A program made the translations under genes and the position numbers. The notes under the pieces were generated by a model, which was given only the letters and a program-made list of their open reading frames with translations, was not told where the DNA came from and ran no database searches. A stretch of 64,000 nucleotides of DNA from Lama glama. Taxonomy: Eukaryota. Positions 51,000-63,405 of this stretch are shown one piece after another (the first letter of the stretch is position 1; every line of letters starts with the position of its first letter). The stretch covers positions 4,528,001-4,592,000 of the forward strand of contig CM052818.1 of NCBI GenBank assembly GCA_028534125.1, given 5' to 3'.

Positions 51000-51760
51000 T
51001 TAATAATGGGGGACAGAGTAACAGACTGGCCCTCCTGCTGAGTCCGACTTGAAAAACTGGACCAAAACAAGCAAACAAAAATAAAACTGCTTCAAGGTCC
51101 CAGAAAGTGAACAGAATAGTAAAGAATTCTGAGGCCAGGATCTAGAAACAGGGCAAGGCTCAGAGAGGTAATCTTGGAGCTGAGGCTGCCTTTCTCCTCT
51201 GTTTCTGGAGACAGAGGCTGAGAGGTCAAATGGTCACATACTAGTTTTGATGCCCCATGAAGCTGAAGCCGCGGGGATTGGTGTCCAGAGTCCACCAAGG
51301 TGGAGAGAGAGTTCTCGTGCCTCCTTCCCCGATTGTGAGTCCGATCTCTGAAGGGCTGCACTCAAAGAGCAGAGAAAGATGGTGGGAAGGTGCTCCAAGG
51401 GGCAGGTTCCCCGGGCACCCAGTGAAGAAAATACAGAGCCCTCCTGGAGAAATAGTATCATTTTCCAAGACCTCAAATCACTTCTTCAAGGAATTTTGCA
51501 AATAACAATTTTCAGGGCATATGGTTAAAAAAAAAAATGCAGACAGGAGACATGAATGAAAGTCGACAGAAACAAGACAGTGGAAACAGAGTCACAAGGG
51601 CTCCAGATGTTAGAATGATCAGATATAGAATTTTAAATAAACATATTTACTTTGGTGAAGGTGGAAAGGATGAGGTGGAGAAATTTGGCAAATGTGAAAA
51701 CTACTGAAAAAAAAAAGACCATCAGGTTGAGTGAAAAGTCTAAAAGAATTTTTGAAATGA
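51000..51760 (+). mobile_element. Ancient L1M 5'/ORF1-proximal remnant
   Basis: gaaacagagtcacaagggctccagatgttagaatgatcagatatagaattttaaataa resembles old L1ME 5' regions. Confidence 0.4.
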
Positions 51761-52913
51761 TCGTTCATTTGTGAGATACCTTAAACATTAATCTGGAATT
51801 TCAGTGCATGATGACCTAGGACAAAAGCTTCATGACCATGAGATACATGTAAGGTGGTGGAAGGTCCAGAAAGGGTCAGGCTGAGGACCTGTGCTTTTGA
51901 CCTCAGAGTGGAAGGAGAACCCGGATGTCGGAAGTCCATGTTTGCTGTGAACACTTTCCCCCGGGTCAGCCATAGGAAAATGTTGATCGTTCTTGTTCTA
52001 GAATGTCAATTAGCCACTCTCAACAAGTTACTTTGCCTTAAGTTTCATCTCAACGGACTCTTCCAGGTAATGTTTATCCACAGATGTTTGGATGGGGTGA
52101 TGCATACACCTGCGGTTGAGATTGAGCACAAGCAGGTAGGCTGCTCTCCCAAAGAGCTGTCCTACACGTTGTGCTTTTGTTGGACTGGACTCTGGCTCTA
52201 CAATGACATACCCAATATTTTAAGTTCTCAAACTGATGCTGTAGAAATCAGCTACTCGTGTTCTATTTTCCCTAAGAATCTCCTTATTTAGTTGACATTA
52301 ATTTTTGAATCGTTAGTATTTCAAAAGGATGTGCGTTTCCAGTTAAAATGATTTACTCTGTGCTGAATGAAACTGCCTGAAATATGTTTATCAATTAAAA
52401 AAGACAAATGTGTGTGTGTTTTAAGTATTGTTTTGGGTTTTAGTGCTATCATCCTTGTCTGGCTCCACAAAAATCTCCACCCTTTTTCTTCCCAAATGTT
52501 CACAATTAATTTTTGAAATTGGAGCTAAGTAGCAAAAAACCAAACATATACATCAATAAGCAACAAGTTCTGAGGTACTTTTGAAATGGAAACATTTCTT
52601 GATGACAGATCTACAGGGACCATGCTGCCAACATCACAAGGTGGGTCACCTCTCTCATGCTGGGTTCTGAAAATACGGTTCTGAATTGCCTTGTTCTTAG
52701 TTTTGTACTGGGCCGTTGAACTGCTTTGCAAGAGCTACGTTGAATCCCATCTTTTCATTTTGCTTTTTGCATTTCCCTCTGGTGTTGTTTGTTATATATG
52801 TGTTTTGTTCTTGCTATTAATGTAATAGATGCTTATTGTCAGTTTTCAACCGTGAGAAAATTGATAGTGTAAAAAAAAAAAGAACGTGGTCAGCAATCTC
52901 ATTGTAGCCAATG

Positions 52914-53345
52914 CTGTTGGTGGCCCCGCCCACAATCACTTACGCTGGTCAGTTTCACGCGCCCCTGTCTGACTTTTAGCTGTTAGCACCTGAAGTTCTT
53001 GGCCTTGGACTTTGCTTGAGGGCTCACTCTCTACCTGTGTTTGGGCTGGCTGGAAGGGCTGGGGAGTTAATAGCCCTTGGGATCCCTCGACCACTGACTG
53101 GCAGGACGTGTGAGTAAATATCTCAGTCTCTTGGAAGTTAATGAATATCCTGCAGTCTCGCTGGCATTCCCTGGTGGGATTCAACTCCAGTTGTCCACAG
53201 TAGTAACTTGCTTGAAAACACACCCCTGTCATGGCTTCCTTCCCTTTCTGCTTTCACTTCTTCACTCACCTTCCGAGGTTTCCAGGGGTCACCTCCCAAG
53301 TGATCCACTTGTGCTTGTTCCTTCTGGGGGGACCTAACCTAAGGT
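52914..53345 (+). mobile_element. LTR16-like ERVL LTR
   Basis: ctccagttgtccacagtagtaacttgcttga...ggcttccttccctt...tcacctcccaag...ctggggggacctaacctaag. Confidence 0.7.
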
Positions 53346-53527
53346 GCCCGTCATCCTAGGATGACACTGTGGCTTTAAATTCTCACTCTTTGCACGCACG
53401 TGGAGGTGAAGAAGCTACACTGTTCTAGGGACTTCCTTGAGTGTTCTCAGGGTGGAAATTTAACCACAGATCCTGTTCATTACTTAGGAACTGATCCACT
53501 GCCCGTTTCCTCACAGCAGTCATTTAT

Positions 53528-53740
53528 CAAAGCTTCTCCAACTTGGCACCGCTGACATTTAGAGCTGGATGACTCTGTCGTGGGGGCTGTCTTGTGCACT
53601 GGAGGATGCCGAGCACATCCTCGGGTTCTGTCCACTAGATGTCAGGAGCATCCCTCACGCGAGTGGGGACAACCAAAAATGTCTTCAGCTGTGGCCAAGT
53701 GCCCCTGGGGGCTGGGGCTGCCCCCAGTTGAGAACCACTG
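53528..53740 (-). mobile_element. MER20 MITE
   Basis: ggggctgtcttgtgcactggaggatg...ccactagatgtcag...acaaccaaaaatgtct...gttgagaaccactg. Confidence 0.85.
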
Positions 53741-54968
53741 AGTTAGATCAAGTGTAGGTGAGTCTAATGTGGCGAGTTTGTTTAGAGTCCTTGAAGGCTT
53801 TCTGATCACCCAACAGGAAGGAAAAGACAGACTGAAGATGACCTGAAAAAGAGTCTTTGCAATTCCCCCCTTGCATTGGATCTACTGCCTCCCAATAAAG
53901 TAAATATTAAAGGTGTATATTAGAAGACTTACTGTATGGCATACGGTTTCTTGGGTGGTGATCCTTAGCCTGAGAGAAACTGACATCCTTGGAGAAGGCG
54001 GCAGCTGGTTGGTGTCTTGAAGTGACTTGGGAAGTCTCCATTAAGTTTTGCAGGGTGCACGGTAGATGGAATTCTTCAGTATGAGGGACTTTATGAAGAC
54101 CTGGGTTCTGGATTGAGCGGTCCAAGCTGTGAACTGAGCCAAGGGTCTTACGCTGTAATAATTATGAATAAATATAATTAAAGGCTGTGGGTCAAGCCTC
54201 CCTGGGAAGGGAACAGAGCAAACCACTGTCGGGCACGGCAGTGACACGGCCTTGTCTCCCATAAAGAGCAAGTAGAGAGTAAATGCTGGGCGTGGCCTGG
54301 TATACTCTGAGAAATGGCAAAGAGTAGGGAGAGAGCTCAATAAACTTGCACCCCAGGGGCACAGATCCAGGGGTGCAGTGGCAGCAGGAATTCCCTGGGG
54401 ATTGCTTCCGGGATGCAGGTGGATAGAGCCCTGAGGTTTCCACCTGCTGCCCTTCCAGTTTGGTGCAGTGGGAAACCCAGTCCCAGGTGCAGACAGGAAG
54501 CCAGGAATTCTTTGCACAAACATGAGTCCATCAAATTACTTCCTAGAGCGACACAAGGGGATTGGATGAGTGTTTGACATCCTTTGTTCTCACACTTGGT
54601 GTCAGAGATAAGATAAGACTGTCCCAGGCCAGGGAAATGGCTGGGGAAAAGAGACAGATTGTCATCTGGTTGACCGTTTAGAATTCCCACCCCTCCCTCA
54701 GGTCCAGTTCCAGTTCTCAAAGCCTTGACCAACCCCTTTCCCACCCGCTGAGAACACAGTCCGGACGTCTCTGAGCTCTACTTTTACTCACTTCTCTTTT
54801 TTCAAAGTGACTCCTCCTTTCCCTGGGTTGGAACCTGCCGTGGCCGACTCTGTCCCCAGTTTGGAATCTTGGGCGAGGGCATAGATGTTACCAGAGTGTC
54901 AGTCTTTTCCAAATGTATGGATTGTCAGGGGGAACAAGCTACTGCAGCCTCTATTTTGGGGTCTACAG

Positions 54969-55156
54969 CAGGGATTCTCAACGTGTAGTTCCAAAACCAG
55001 CAGCAGCAGCATCCTCTGGAAGCCAGTGAGAAAGGCCGAGTCTCAGGCCCGTCCCAGCCCTGCTGAATTAGAAGCTCTGGAGGTGGGGTCTGGCAGCCGG
55101 TGTTGTAACAGACTCTCCAGGTGATTCTGGTTTGCACTCAAGTTTGAGAACCACTG
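54969..55156. mobile_element. MER5A MITE
   Basis: cagggattctcaacgtg...ccagcagcagcagcatc...ctccaggtgattctg...agtttgagaaccactg. Confidence 0.85.
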
Positions 55157-55590
55157 GTCCAGGTCATGGGGGAAAAGACAAAGTGAGGATGTGACTTCAG
55201 TCACAGGCCTGGATTCCTGCACCCAAGAAGGGTCCTTGTCTTTCTCTGGCTGCCAGGGAGGCTCCGACATCAGGGTCTGAGGAAGATCACCTGGCCGATA
55301 AGTCAGACCTGTGTAGCACCGAGGACATAGACACGGGGAGTGAGAGTTCCTGGGGCCAGGGAGCAAGGCCTGGCTACCTCCCAGTAAAGGCAACACACTC
55401 CCTTGCTGGGCATGTCATTGTGCCTGCCCTGCCTGCCAGACACAGCTCTGGGTGAACAGTGGTGCTGGACCACGGAAGTGTTTCCCCTGCCCACCTTCTA
55501 ACACAGATAAGAGTACCAGCTGTCTGTGACCAATTCCAGCGATGCACCGTGCCCAGCAGCCCTGTGTGCATTTCACTTAACCATCACAGC

Positions 55591-55630
55591 GTGCTCGCTT
55601 CAGCAGCGCGTATACTAAAATTGGAACGAT
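55591..55630 (+). pseudogene. RNU6: 3'-truncated U6 snRNA retrocopy (U6 nt 1-40)
   Basis: gtgctcgcttcagcagcgcgtatactaaaattggaacgat matches the U6 5' end GTGCTCGCTTCGGCAGCACATATACTAAAATTGGAACGAT at 37/40; no ACAGAGA box, no PSE/TATA upstream. Confidence 0.9.
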
Positions 55631-55784
55631 CTGCATTTGCTTTGCTTCTCTGGTGGACTCAGCCCCCAAATATTGCCACTCAATGAGGCTAAAGCAGCAT
55701 TCTAGGGAGAAGGGCCTAACTGGTTTTGTCTGTATGTGTTGGTTGGGGTGCTATTGGAAGAGAAAGAAGGCTGCTATTCTGTTG

Positions 55785-55854
55785 GGTTTTGTTGTATGTG
55801 TGTTTTTTGGAGGGAATTAGGTTTATTATATATATATATATTATATATATTATA

Positions 55855-55885
<31 letters not shown>

Positions 55886-55975
55886 TTAACGCAGGTACTG
55901 GGGATCGAACCCAGGACCTCGTGCATGCTAAGCATGCGCTCCACCACTGAGCTATACCCCTTACCCCCGGCCCCG
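55785..55975 (-). mobile_element. vic-1-like SINE with an expanded (TA)n tail
   Basis: ggggatcgaacccagg...gagctatacccc; TSD gctgctattctg. Confidence 0.9.
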
Positions 55976-56747
55976 AATGCTGCTATTCTGGATGTACCTG
56001 TGTTCGCGTTGACATTTAATGTTTGCAGAACCTCACAGCTTGATGTGTTGATCCAATAAAATCATCAAGGGACTGAAATAAAAAGAAAGACCAGGAAGAT
56101 TGGTGGGCAGGAGAGCTGACTGTGTGAAAGGCACCAGAAAACACTTCTTGTCACCCAAAGCATTACTAGAAGTGGGGGAAAAAAACAGTCAAGGAAAAGA
56201 GGTCGAGCAGGCAGGAGGGTGAGGGCAGCCGCCTTGGGCCTCTCATGGTAGGCTTTTATTCTTTTCAAGCTGATTGACACCGAACTTATGAACAAATTAA
56301 GAAGTGTTCCTTCCTTGAAACATTTTGGACATTATACCAACTTTCTCGAGTGAGTTGTTGAAAGGACTCTATTATGTCGGGTTGGCTCGGAACCCAGGAA
56401 ATGAGCTGGCACTCTTCAGCGTTAATAAAACATCGTCTGTCATAGGATTGGCAGGTGTGACTCAGTTCCTGCGCTAAAATATACAATAGGAGCCAGCCCT
56501 TTGGCAGGCCCAATTAGCGTGCTCTGTGCAGTCTGGAATCTTCTGTGTGCCATCTAGGTTGGAAGGGTTCTGTTTGTGGGAGGATCAGACCCGCCACCCT
56601 CAGTCAGCAGCACGCCGGCCACTCTCACCCCTGCAAAGTGCAAGAAAACCCTCTCTGTTTCTTCCCTTGGGCTGGTTGCAGGTGACCCTACAGATGTGCC
56701 CTGACATCATGTGAGATTTGTGTCTTCGAAAAGAGGGGACTTTTTCT

Positions 56748-57470
56748 AAATTATATTTTTTATTGAAGTGTAGTTGATTTATAGAGTTAGTTTCAGATGC
56801 ACTGCAAAGCAATTCAGTTATACATATGTATTTTTTCAGATTCTATTCCATTATATCTTATTACAAGATATTGAATATAGGTCCCTTTGTTACACAGGAG
56901 ATTCTTGTTGCTTATCTATTTTATATATAGTGGTGTGTATCTGTTAATCCCAAACTCCTTATTTATCCCTCCCCTGCCCTTTCCCGTTTGGTAATTATAG
57001 TTTGTTTTCTATGTCTGTGAATCTATCTCTGGTTTATAAATAAAATTTATATAATTTTTTAAATATTCCACATATAAATGAGATCATACGATATTTGTCT
57101 TTCTCCGTCTGACTTACTTCACTTAGTATGATAATCTCCAGGTCCACCCATGTTGCTGCAAATGGCATTATTTCATTCTTTTTAATGGCTGAGTAATATT
57201 CCATTGTATATAGATACCACAACTTCTTTATCCAGCCATCTGTCGATGGACATTTAGGTTATTTCCACATCTTGGCGATTGTAAATAATGCTGCTATGAA
57301 CATTGGGGTGCATGTATCTTTTCAAATTAGAGTTTTCTCTGGATATATGCCCAGGAGTGGGATTGCTGGATCATATGGTAACTGTATTTTTAGTTTTTTA
57401 AGTGGTCTCTGTAGAGTCCTCCATAGTGGCTGCACCCATTTACATCCCCACCATATTGTAGGAGGGTTCC
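56748..57470 (-). mobile_element. L1 3' end (ORF2 C-terminus plus 3' UTR)
   Basis: ORF 57034-57222 (-) MWYLYTMEYYSAIKKNEIMPFAATW...; approximate TSD aaagaggggactttt/aaagaggagaatttt. Confidence 0.9.
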
Positions 57471-57745
57471 TTGGAAAGAGGAGAATTTTACTGATAGGCT
57501 CATGGCAGTGGTGGTGGCCACACCAGTCAGAATCTGAGTTTTTTCTAGATGCCGTGGATTCCAGGGGTGACTGGGGATACTGAAGTGCTGCTGTGCTCAG
57601 AATCTCCCCAGACCATCAGTTGCCTGTGGGATCTGCCCCACAGGGAGCAGAGGAGATGGATCAGTGCCCCCTGGATGAAGGGCTCCCATCTCCACTTTTC
57701 TCTTATACAAAATTCCTTTTGAAGGTGTTCATACCTCAGGTAGGA

Positions 57746-59590
57746 CAGTGATGTTCAGTCTTTTTGGTCATAGGACCCCTTTATACTTATAGATCACTGA
57801 GGATGCCAAAGAGATTTTGTTTAAGTTGGTTGTATCTTTTGATATTTATCACGTGGCAGGGGTCAGCATGCTGTGACCCATGGGCTCAATCTAGCCCATG
57901 ACTGTTTTTCGTAAATAAAATTTTAGTGGAACACAGCTATTTGTTTATATATTGTCTATGGTGGCTTTAATGCCCCAATGGTAGAGTTGTTTTGTTGCAG
58001 GAAAAGACTGTTTGGTGAAGGCTAAAATATTTATTATCTGTCCCTTTCTAGAAAAATATGCTGATCTCTGATATAAAAATTAAAATTAGAATTATTTAAA
58101 ATATTTATTTATTAGCTCTTTAAAAATCAATAATAAAACCATTACAAGAAAACTGATGACTTTTTAAAAAATTATTGAAAAATGTGCAGCCTGTCCAAAA
58201 TGAAACAAACCAAAAAACACTTAGTGAGACCCAGAGTGGCCTTGTTTTGTGCTTCTGCAAATTCCTTTGATGTTTGGTTTCATAGGAGCAGCTCAGTTCT
58301 CATCTGCTTCTGCATCTAATCTGCTGTGCTATGTTGCTGTGTTTGAAGTGGGTGAAAAAAAATCCAGCTCTGTAAAGGTATGTAGTTTGACAACAGAGGA
58401 GTATTTTCTTAGTCATTTCAGATGTGTGTGGATATTCCCCTTTGACTACAGCAAATCTAGACAAGTGGCAGTTTCTAGGAGGTTGAATGTAGAATCTGAA
58501 ACCATAGTAATGAAAATTTCATACTCTGTTACACTCAAATCCACTGGTCTAAATTGCCCTCTGAATGGAACTTAGACCCACGGAAGATTTTATAACATCA
58601 TGCATTAATTGTTTTGAAAATATTAGTTCACAGAGTTATTCGTCTCTTCCAAATGTTGACATATTTCATTTCGTATCATGCCAAAACATCACATTTGTTA
58701 ATATCCCCATTGAGTACATGAAAAGAGCCTTTAAGCTGTCAAACTCACGATGGTGCACACGGGTTTCCGAAATTCTAATTGTTGCTTCAAAGCCCAGGCT
58801 TAATCATCGGCGTCAAACTCTGCCAGTTGTGTTTCTTGTCGAGATCCGCTCCTCTCACTCATTTTCAAGAAGAATGTCTGCCAGATATTCAACTCTGTAT
58901 GGATGTAGTTTGTCAGTCAGTCAAGTCCAGTGGTGTCCCATTTTAAAAAAGATGAATTCAGCACAACTCAAACAACTGCACAAGAGCGTTTCCCAGAGAC
59001 AACCGTTGTACTTTGATATGCACTAAAAGTGCTTTACGATATTTCTTATTTATTCAAGAAACCTATATATAACCTCAAAGTTTGCAATTTAATGAAGTTA
59101 ATACTCCTTACAGCTTCATGAAGGACTTTTTCTTTGATTTTCTAGATTTTATCAAAGTGTAGTCAGTTTACAATGTCGTGTCAATTTCTGGTGTGCAGCA
59201 TAGCATTTCAGTCATACATAGGCATACATATATTCCTTTTCATAATACACTATTACAAGGTTTAATATACAGTAGGACCTTGTTTATCTATTTCATATAT
59301 AGTAGTTAGTATCTGCAAATGTCAAACTATCAAGGACATTTTTCAGTAAAACCGTTTTTTCTTTCTTGCAAGTATATGGTGGGAAAAGTGCCCAAGGGCA
59401 TATGAGGCCGCTGCCTTGATGCATGCTAAGGTCACAGCCGTTTTACCCATTCCCCCCATTGCTTTTGGACCTCACTGTGAATGTCAATACAGGGAAGAAG
59501 ACAAAGAAGGTCTTCTATGATTATGAATGTAGTTTTGACCTCGCGGATCTTGGGAAGTGCGTCCATGGACCACACGTGGAGAACCTGCTG
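57746..59590. mobile_element. Charlie1-like hAT transposon with nested MER58A (57857-58070) and an L1 3' fragment (~59140-59330)
   Basis: Termini cagtg...ggaccacacgtggagaacctgctg; 8-bp TSD aggtagga/aggtagca; internal ggacccctttatac and ttctcatctgcttctgcat motifs. Confidence 0.8.
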
Positions 59591-61284
59591 AGGTAGCAAG
59601 GGAGCCAGCTGAACTGAAGTCTGCTGGTTCTAGGAGATGCCAGGCCGGGAGAGGCTTCCATGATCACGTCCTCTTGGGGAGACGCAATATATTATACCAT
59701 GTTGTTGGGATTTCCCCGTGCTCGCCAGGTTTGAAGGCTCTGAGAAGTCCTCGAGAACATAAACGTCTTCCAACTTTGGATTTTTCAAACTTGTTTGGGC
59801 AAAACACCCATTTCTCTTTTTCAATGTCTGTGAATGCCCTTTGGGAAACCACAGCCCTCAGGGTATAAACGTGGCTGCTGGGACACCCGAAAGCAGGCTT
59901 TGAGGGACTGGGAGTGGTGGGTAGAAGCATCAGGGGATGGGCAGAGCCTGGGGCTCTCAGAGGGAGATCCTGGCCCGAGATTGCTCCTGGGGTGGGTTCT
60001 CTTTCTTTTCTGGACTGAACTCCTGGAGAGAAAACAACAGTGTTAATCCTCCCGCCTGGCTTTGGGCCCCTCCTGCCCACCCCCCGAGGAGGATGCTAGC
60101 TGATCTGCAGAATCGCATTTTTCGTCTTGCTGGCTGGCTTTTGGAGAGCTGAGCCAGGCAGAAAGGCCCAGACGTCAGCCGTGAATGGGGTGGCTATGTC
60201 TCAGGGCGCTGGGCGGCGAGGGTTGTTTTCTCTCTTCCTGCCCCTGTTTGTGTTGTGGGAACCTCAGCAGCTTGGTCCTGGGGTCCTTGTGCTAATCAGC
60301 TTCCCCAAACTGTCCCAAAGCTCTGTGCCTGCGTAGCTGAAACAGATTCACGCCATGGTTTCTCCTACAGATAATGGCCAATCTACAAAAGGACTGTGTG
60401 CCGTTTCTCTACGGAGTCTTTCCAAATGTGCTCCACCCAGACTCAGGCATTCCATCCTGTCTGTGGGTCCCCTCTCCAATAGATGCCACCAGTGTTGTGG
60501 TGTGATTATGGGCATTCACTTCAAGAGCTTTTTTTTGGACATCCTCTGTAGGAAAGGCACTCCCCGAAGAGTGTGCATCAGGGGGAGGGGACGGGAACAA
60601 AACTGATCAAACCTCTCAGTGTGGGAAGGCAAGGTGTTCACAAATATCCCCAGTGCAGGGGGGGTTGTGTGGAGGTGTTGGTGGTGAAGCAGGAACCAGG
60701 AGGGCAGGGCAGGGTTGGAGCACTTTCGACAGGGGAAGATCCCAGGAGGCTGCCTGGAGGAGATGGCATTTCTGGCCCCCTTGGAGGTTGGCCAGAAGGC
60801 TGCCTGGACAGGGTTTATGTGAATGTAGAAGGTGCAGAATGGGAAGATGTGTGGGTCAGGCTCAGTGGAGGGGAGGGAGGTGTGGACAGGGAATGGGAGG
60901 AGACCAGTGAGAGTGCAGGAGGGCTATTATCCAAGACAGGTAAGAGGGGATCAGGGCTTTGGTGGTGGGACTGCCAAGGAAAGGGAGAGCGACCCTCACT
61001 GTTCTCGTCTGTGAATGCGTGGGGCGTCAGACTGCATCTGCGGGGAGCAGAGAAAGCAGGGGCGATGGGGCCACAGGGCTCCAGGTTCCCACCTGCCTTT
61101 GACTTAAGCCCACCTGCTTATACCTGTTCTAGACTCTGAATTTTGACATCTGGCCCATTTGAACGAACGATTCTGCTGCTTAAGAAATACACTGAAGATC
61201 ACTAGGGCTGCTAAGGTTCCTGCCATCGCTAAATTGATCCCACACTTCTTGGTGACCTCAACATCCTGATGCTTTCTGGATTGT

Positions 61285-61576
61285 GTTTTTTTTTAAATTG
61301 GAGTATAGTCAGTTTACAATGTTGTGTCAATTTCTGGTGTACAGCATAATAGTTCAGTCATACATACACATACATATATTCTTTTTCATTATAGGTTACT
61401 ATAAGGTATCGAATATCTATGCTATACAATAGTACATGCAAATCTCGAACTCCCAATTTATCCCTTCCCACCCCCTTTGCCCCTCAGTAAACATAAGTTT
61501 GTTTTCTGTCTGTGAGTCTTTCTGTTTTATAAATAAGTTCACTTGTATCTTTTTTTTAGATTCCACAGATATGTGA
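61285..61576 (-). mobile_element. Camelid-type L1 3' fragment
   Basis: gtatagtcagtttacaatgttgtgtcaatttctggtgtacagca...ttagattccaca. Confidence 0.85.
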
Positions 61577-61670
61577 TTTTTTTTTTTAATGGAGGCACTG
61601 GGGAGTGAACCCAGGACCTTGTGCATGCTAAGCGTGCACTCTGCCACTGAGATATACCCTCCTCCCACCC
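61577..61670 (-). mobile_element. vic-1-like SINE (short form) abutting the L1 fragment
   Basis: aatggaggcactgggg...ccactgagatataccctcc. Confidence 0.85.
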
Positions 61671-62539
61671 AAGGGCGTCGTTTTAAAGCCATGTTTCCCA
61701 AATTTGGCCTCAGAGAACTAACATTATCATAGTGTGTCCAGACTGTCCTGAAAGTTATAGGCTGAAGACACAGTGTCTTGCACATATGTAATTATTTTTT
61801 AGATGTATTAGGAGTGATTGTCACTTGCAAAATGCAGGTGCATTTTAAAGTGTTACTGAGTTCACAATGCCTGTTAATGGCAGATGTCATAAAGATGAAC
61901 GTTTATTAAATGCTTGCTGGTTGTGAACTGTGCTAGGTGCCAGTCTCAGGTTGGACTTCCAGGCTCAGAGAAGAGAATGTACGTGCTGGGGACTCACGTA
62001 GGGTTCCTCTGAGAATGGAGGAGCGGAGCGGAGGAGGATAAGAAACCAAGCAGGGATGTCATTTCAGGTGAAGCCCCAGCCTCAGCCTGATCACATGGGA
62101 GGCTCTGAAGTGTAAGTTACATCACGGAGTTTGTCCTCGCTGATGGCAAGGGAACTGGGCTTTCGTGTACCAACCCTGTCCAGTGCTGGCTCAGGTCACC
62201 CAGTCGGGTGATGGTGACGTCAGGGGACATAAATTCCCAGGTGCTTCTGGCTTTTTCTTTCACATCACAGAGCAGCTTCACTAACCTTCAGTTCTGACAA
62301 GGTTTACAGGCAGTTAAAAGAAGATGAAGGGGAAAACAAACAAACCACACCATGCCGGGAGTGGCCAGGGGGCAGGTGCACAGAAACCACGTGAGTGCCG
62401 AGGAGGTGAGGGGGAGTCTGCGGGGCGTGCTCATTCTAGCTCATTCAGTCCTAACAACAACCTCAGGAGGGGCGTATTACTGTCTCCATCTTACAGGAAA
62501 CTGAGGAATCTGCGACACAGAGAGGTTAACAGACTTGCC

Positions 62540-63405
62540 AATGCTTATTTAGGTCTCCTGCCTATTTTGATATCACCTTGCACTAGTCAGAACGGCCATC
62601 ATTAAAAAGTCCACAAATGATAAATGCTGAGGAGGGTGTGGAGAAAAGGGAGCCATCGTACACTGCTGGTGGGAATGTAGTTTGGTGCAGCCACCATGAA
62701 AAACAGTATGGAGAGTCCTTAAAAAATTGAAAATAGACTTACCCTATGATCAGCAATCTCACTCCTGGGCATATATCCAGAGGAAGCTCTAATCTGAAAA
62801 GACACACGCACCCCAATGTTCACAGCAGCACTATTTACAACAGCCAAGACATGGAAGCAACCTCAATATCCATCGACAGATGGCTGGATAAAGAAGTTGT
62901 GGTATATAATACAATAGAATATTACTCATCCATAAAAAAGAATGAATTAATGCCATTTGCAGCAACATGGATGGACCTGGAGATTGTCATTCTAAGTGAA
63001 GTAAGTCAGACAGAGAAAGACAAATACATGATATACTTATATGTGGAATCTAAAAAAAGACACAAACGATCTTATTTACAAAACAGAAAGACTCACAGAC
63101 ATAGGAAACAAACTTATGATTACCAGCAAGGAAAGGGTGCAGGGTGGAGGGATAAATTGGGAGTTCAGGTTTTGCAGATACACACTACTATATATAAAAT
63201 AGATAAACAGCAAGGTCCTACCGTATGGCACAGGGAAATATATGCAATATCTTGTAATAGCTTATAATGAAGAATATGAAAAGGAATGTATGTATGTATA
63301 ACTGAATCACTAAGCTGTATACCAGAAATTAATGCAACATTATAAACTGACTATACTGCAATTAAAAAAAAAGAAACCTAAACAAAAAAAAAACCTAAAC
63401 AAAAA
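62540..63405 (+). mobile_element. L1 3' end with a short 5' inversion, inserted into a MIR
   Basis: ORF 62746-63267 carries the L1 ORF2 C-terminal motif (EYYSSIKKNELMPFAATWMDLE); polyA tail; MIR halves at ~62440-62539 and ~63412-63500. Confidence 0.9.

Noticed and set aside
51854..52291. 145-aa ORF
   Set aside because: GTG start, no recognisable family and no supported gene structure.
60573..61139. 188-aa Gly-rich ORF
   Set aside because: Purine/G-rich composition bias; no domain or promoter evidence.
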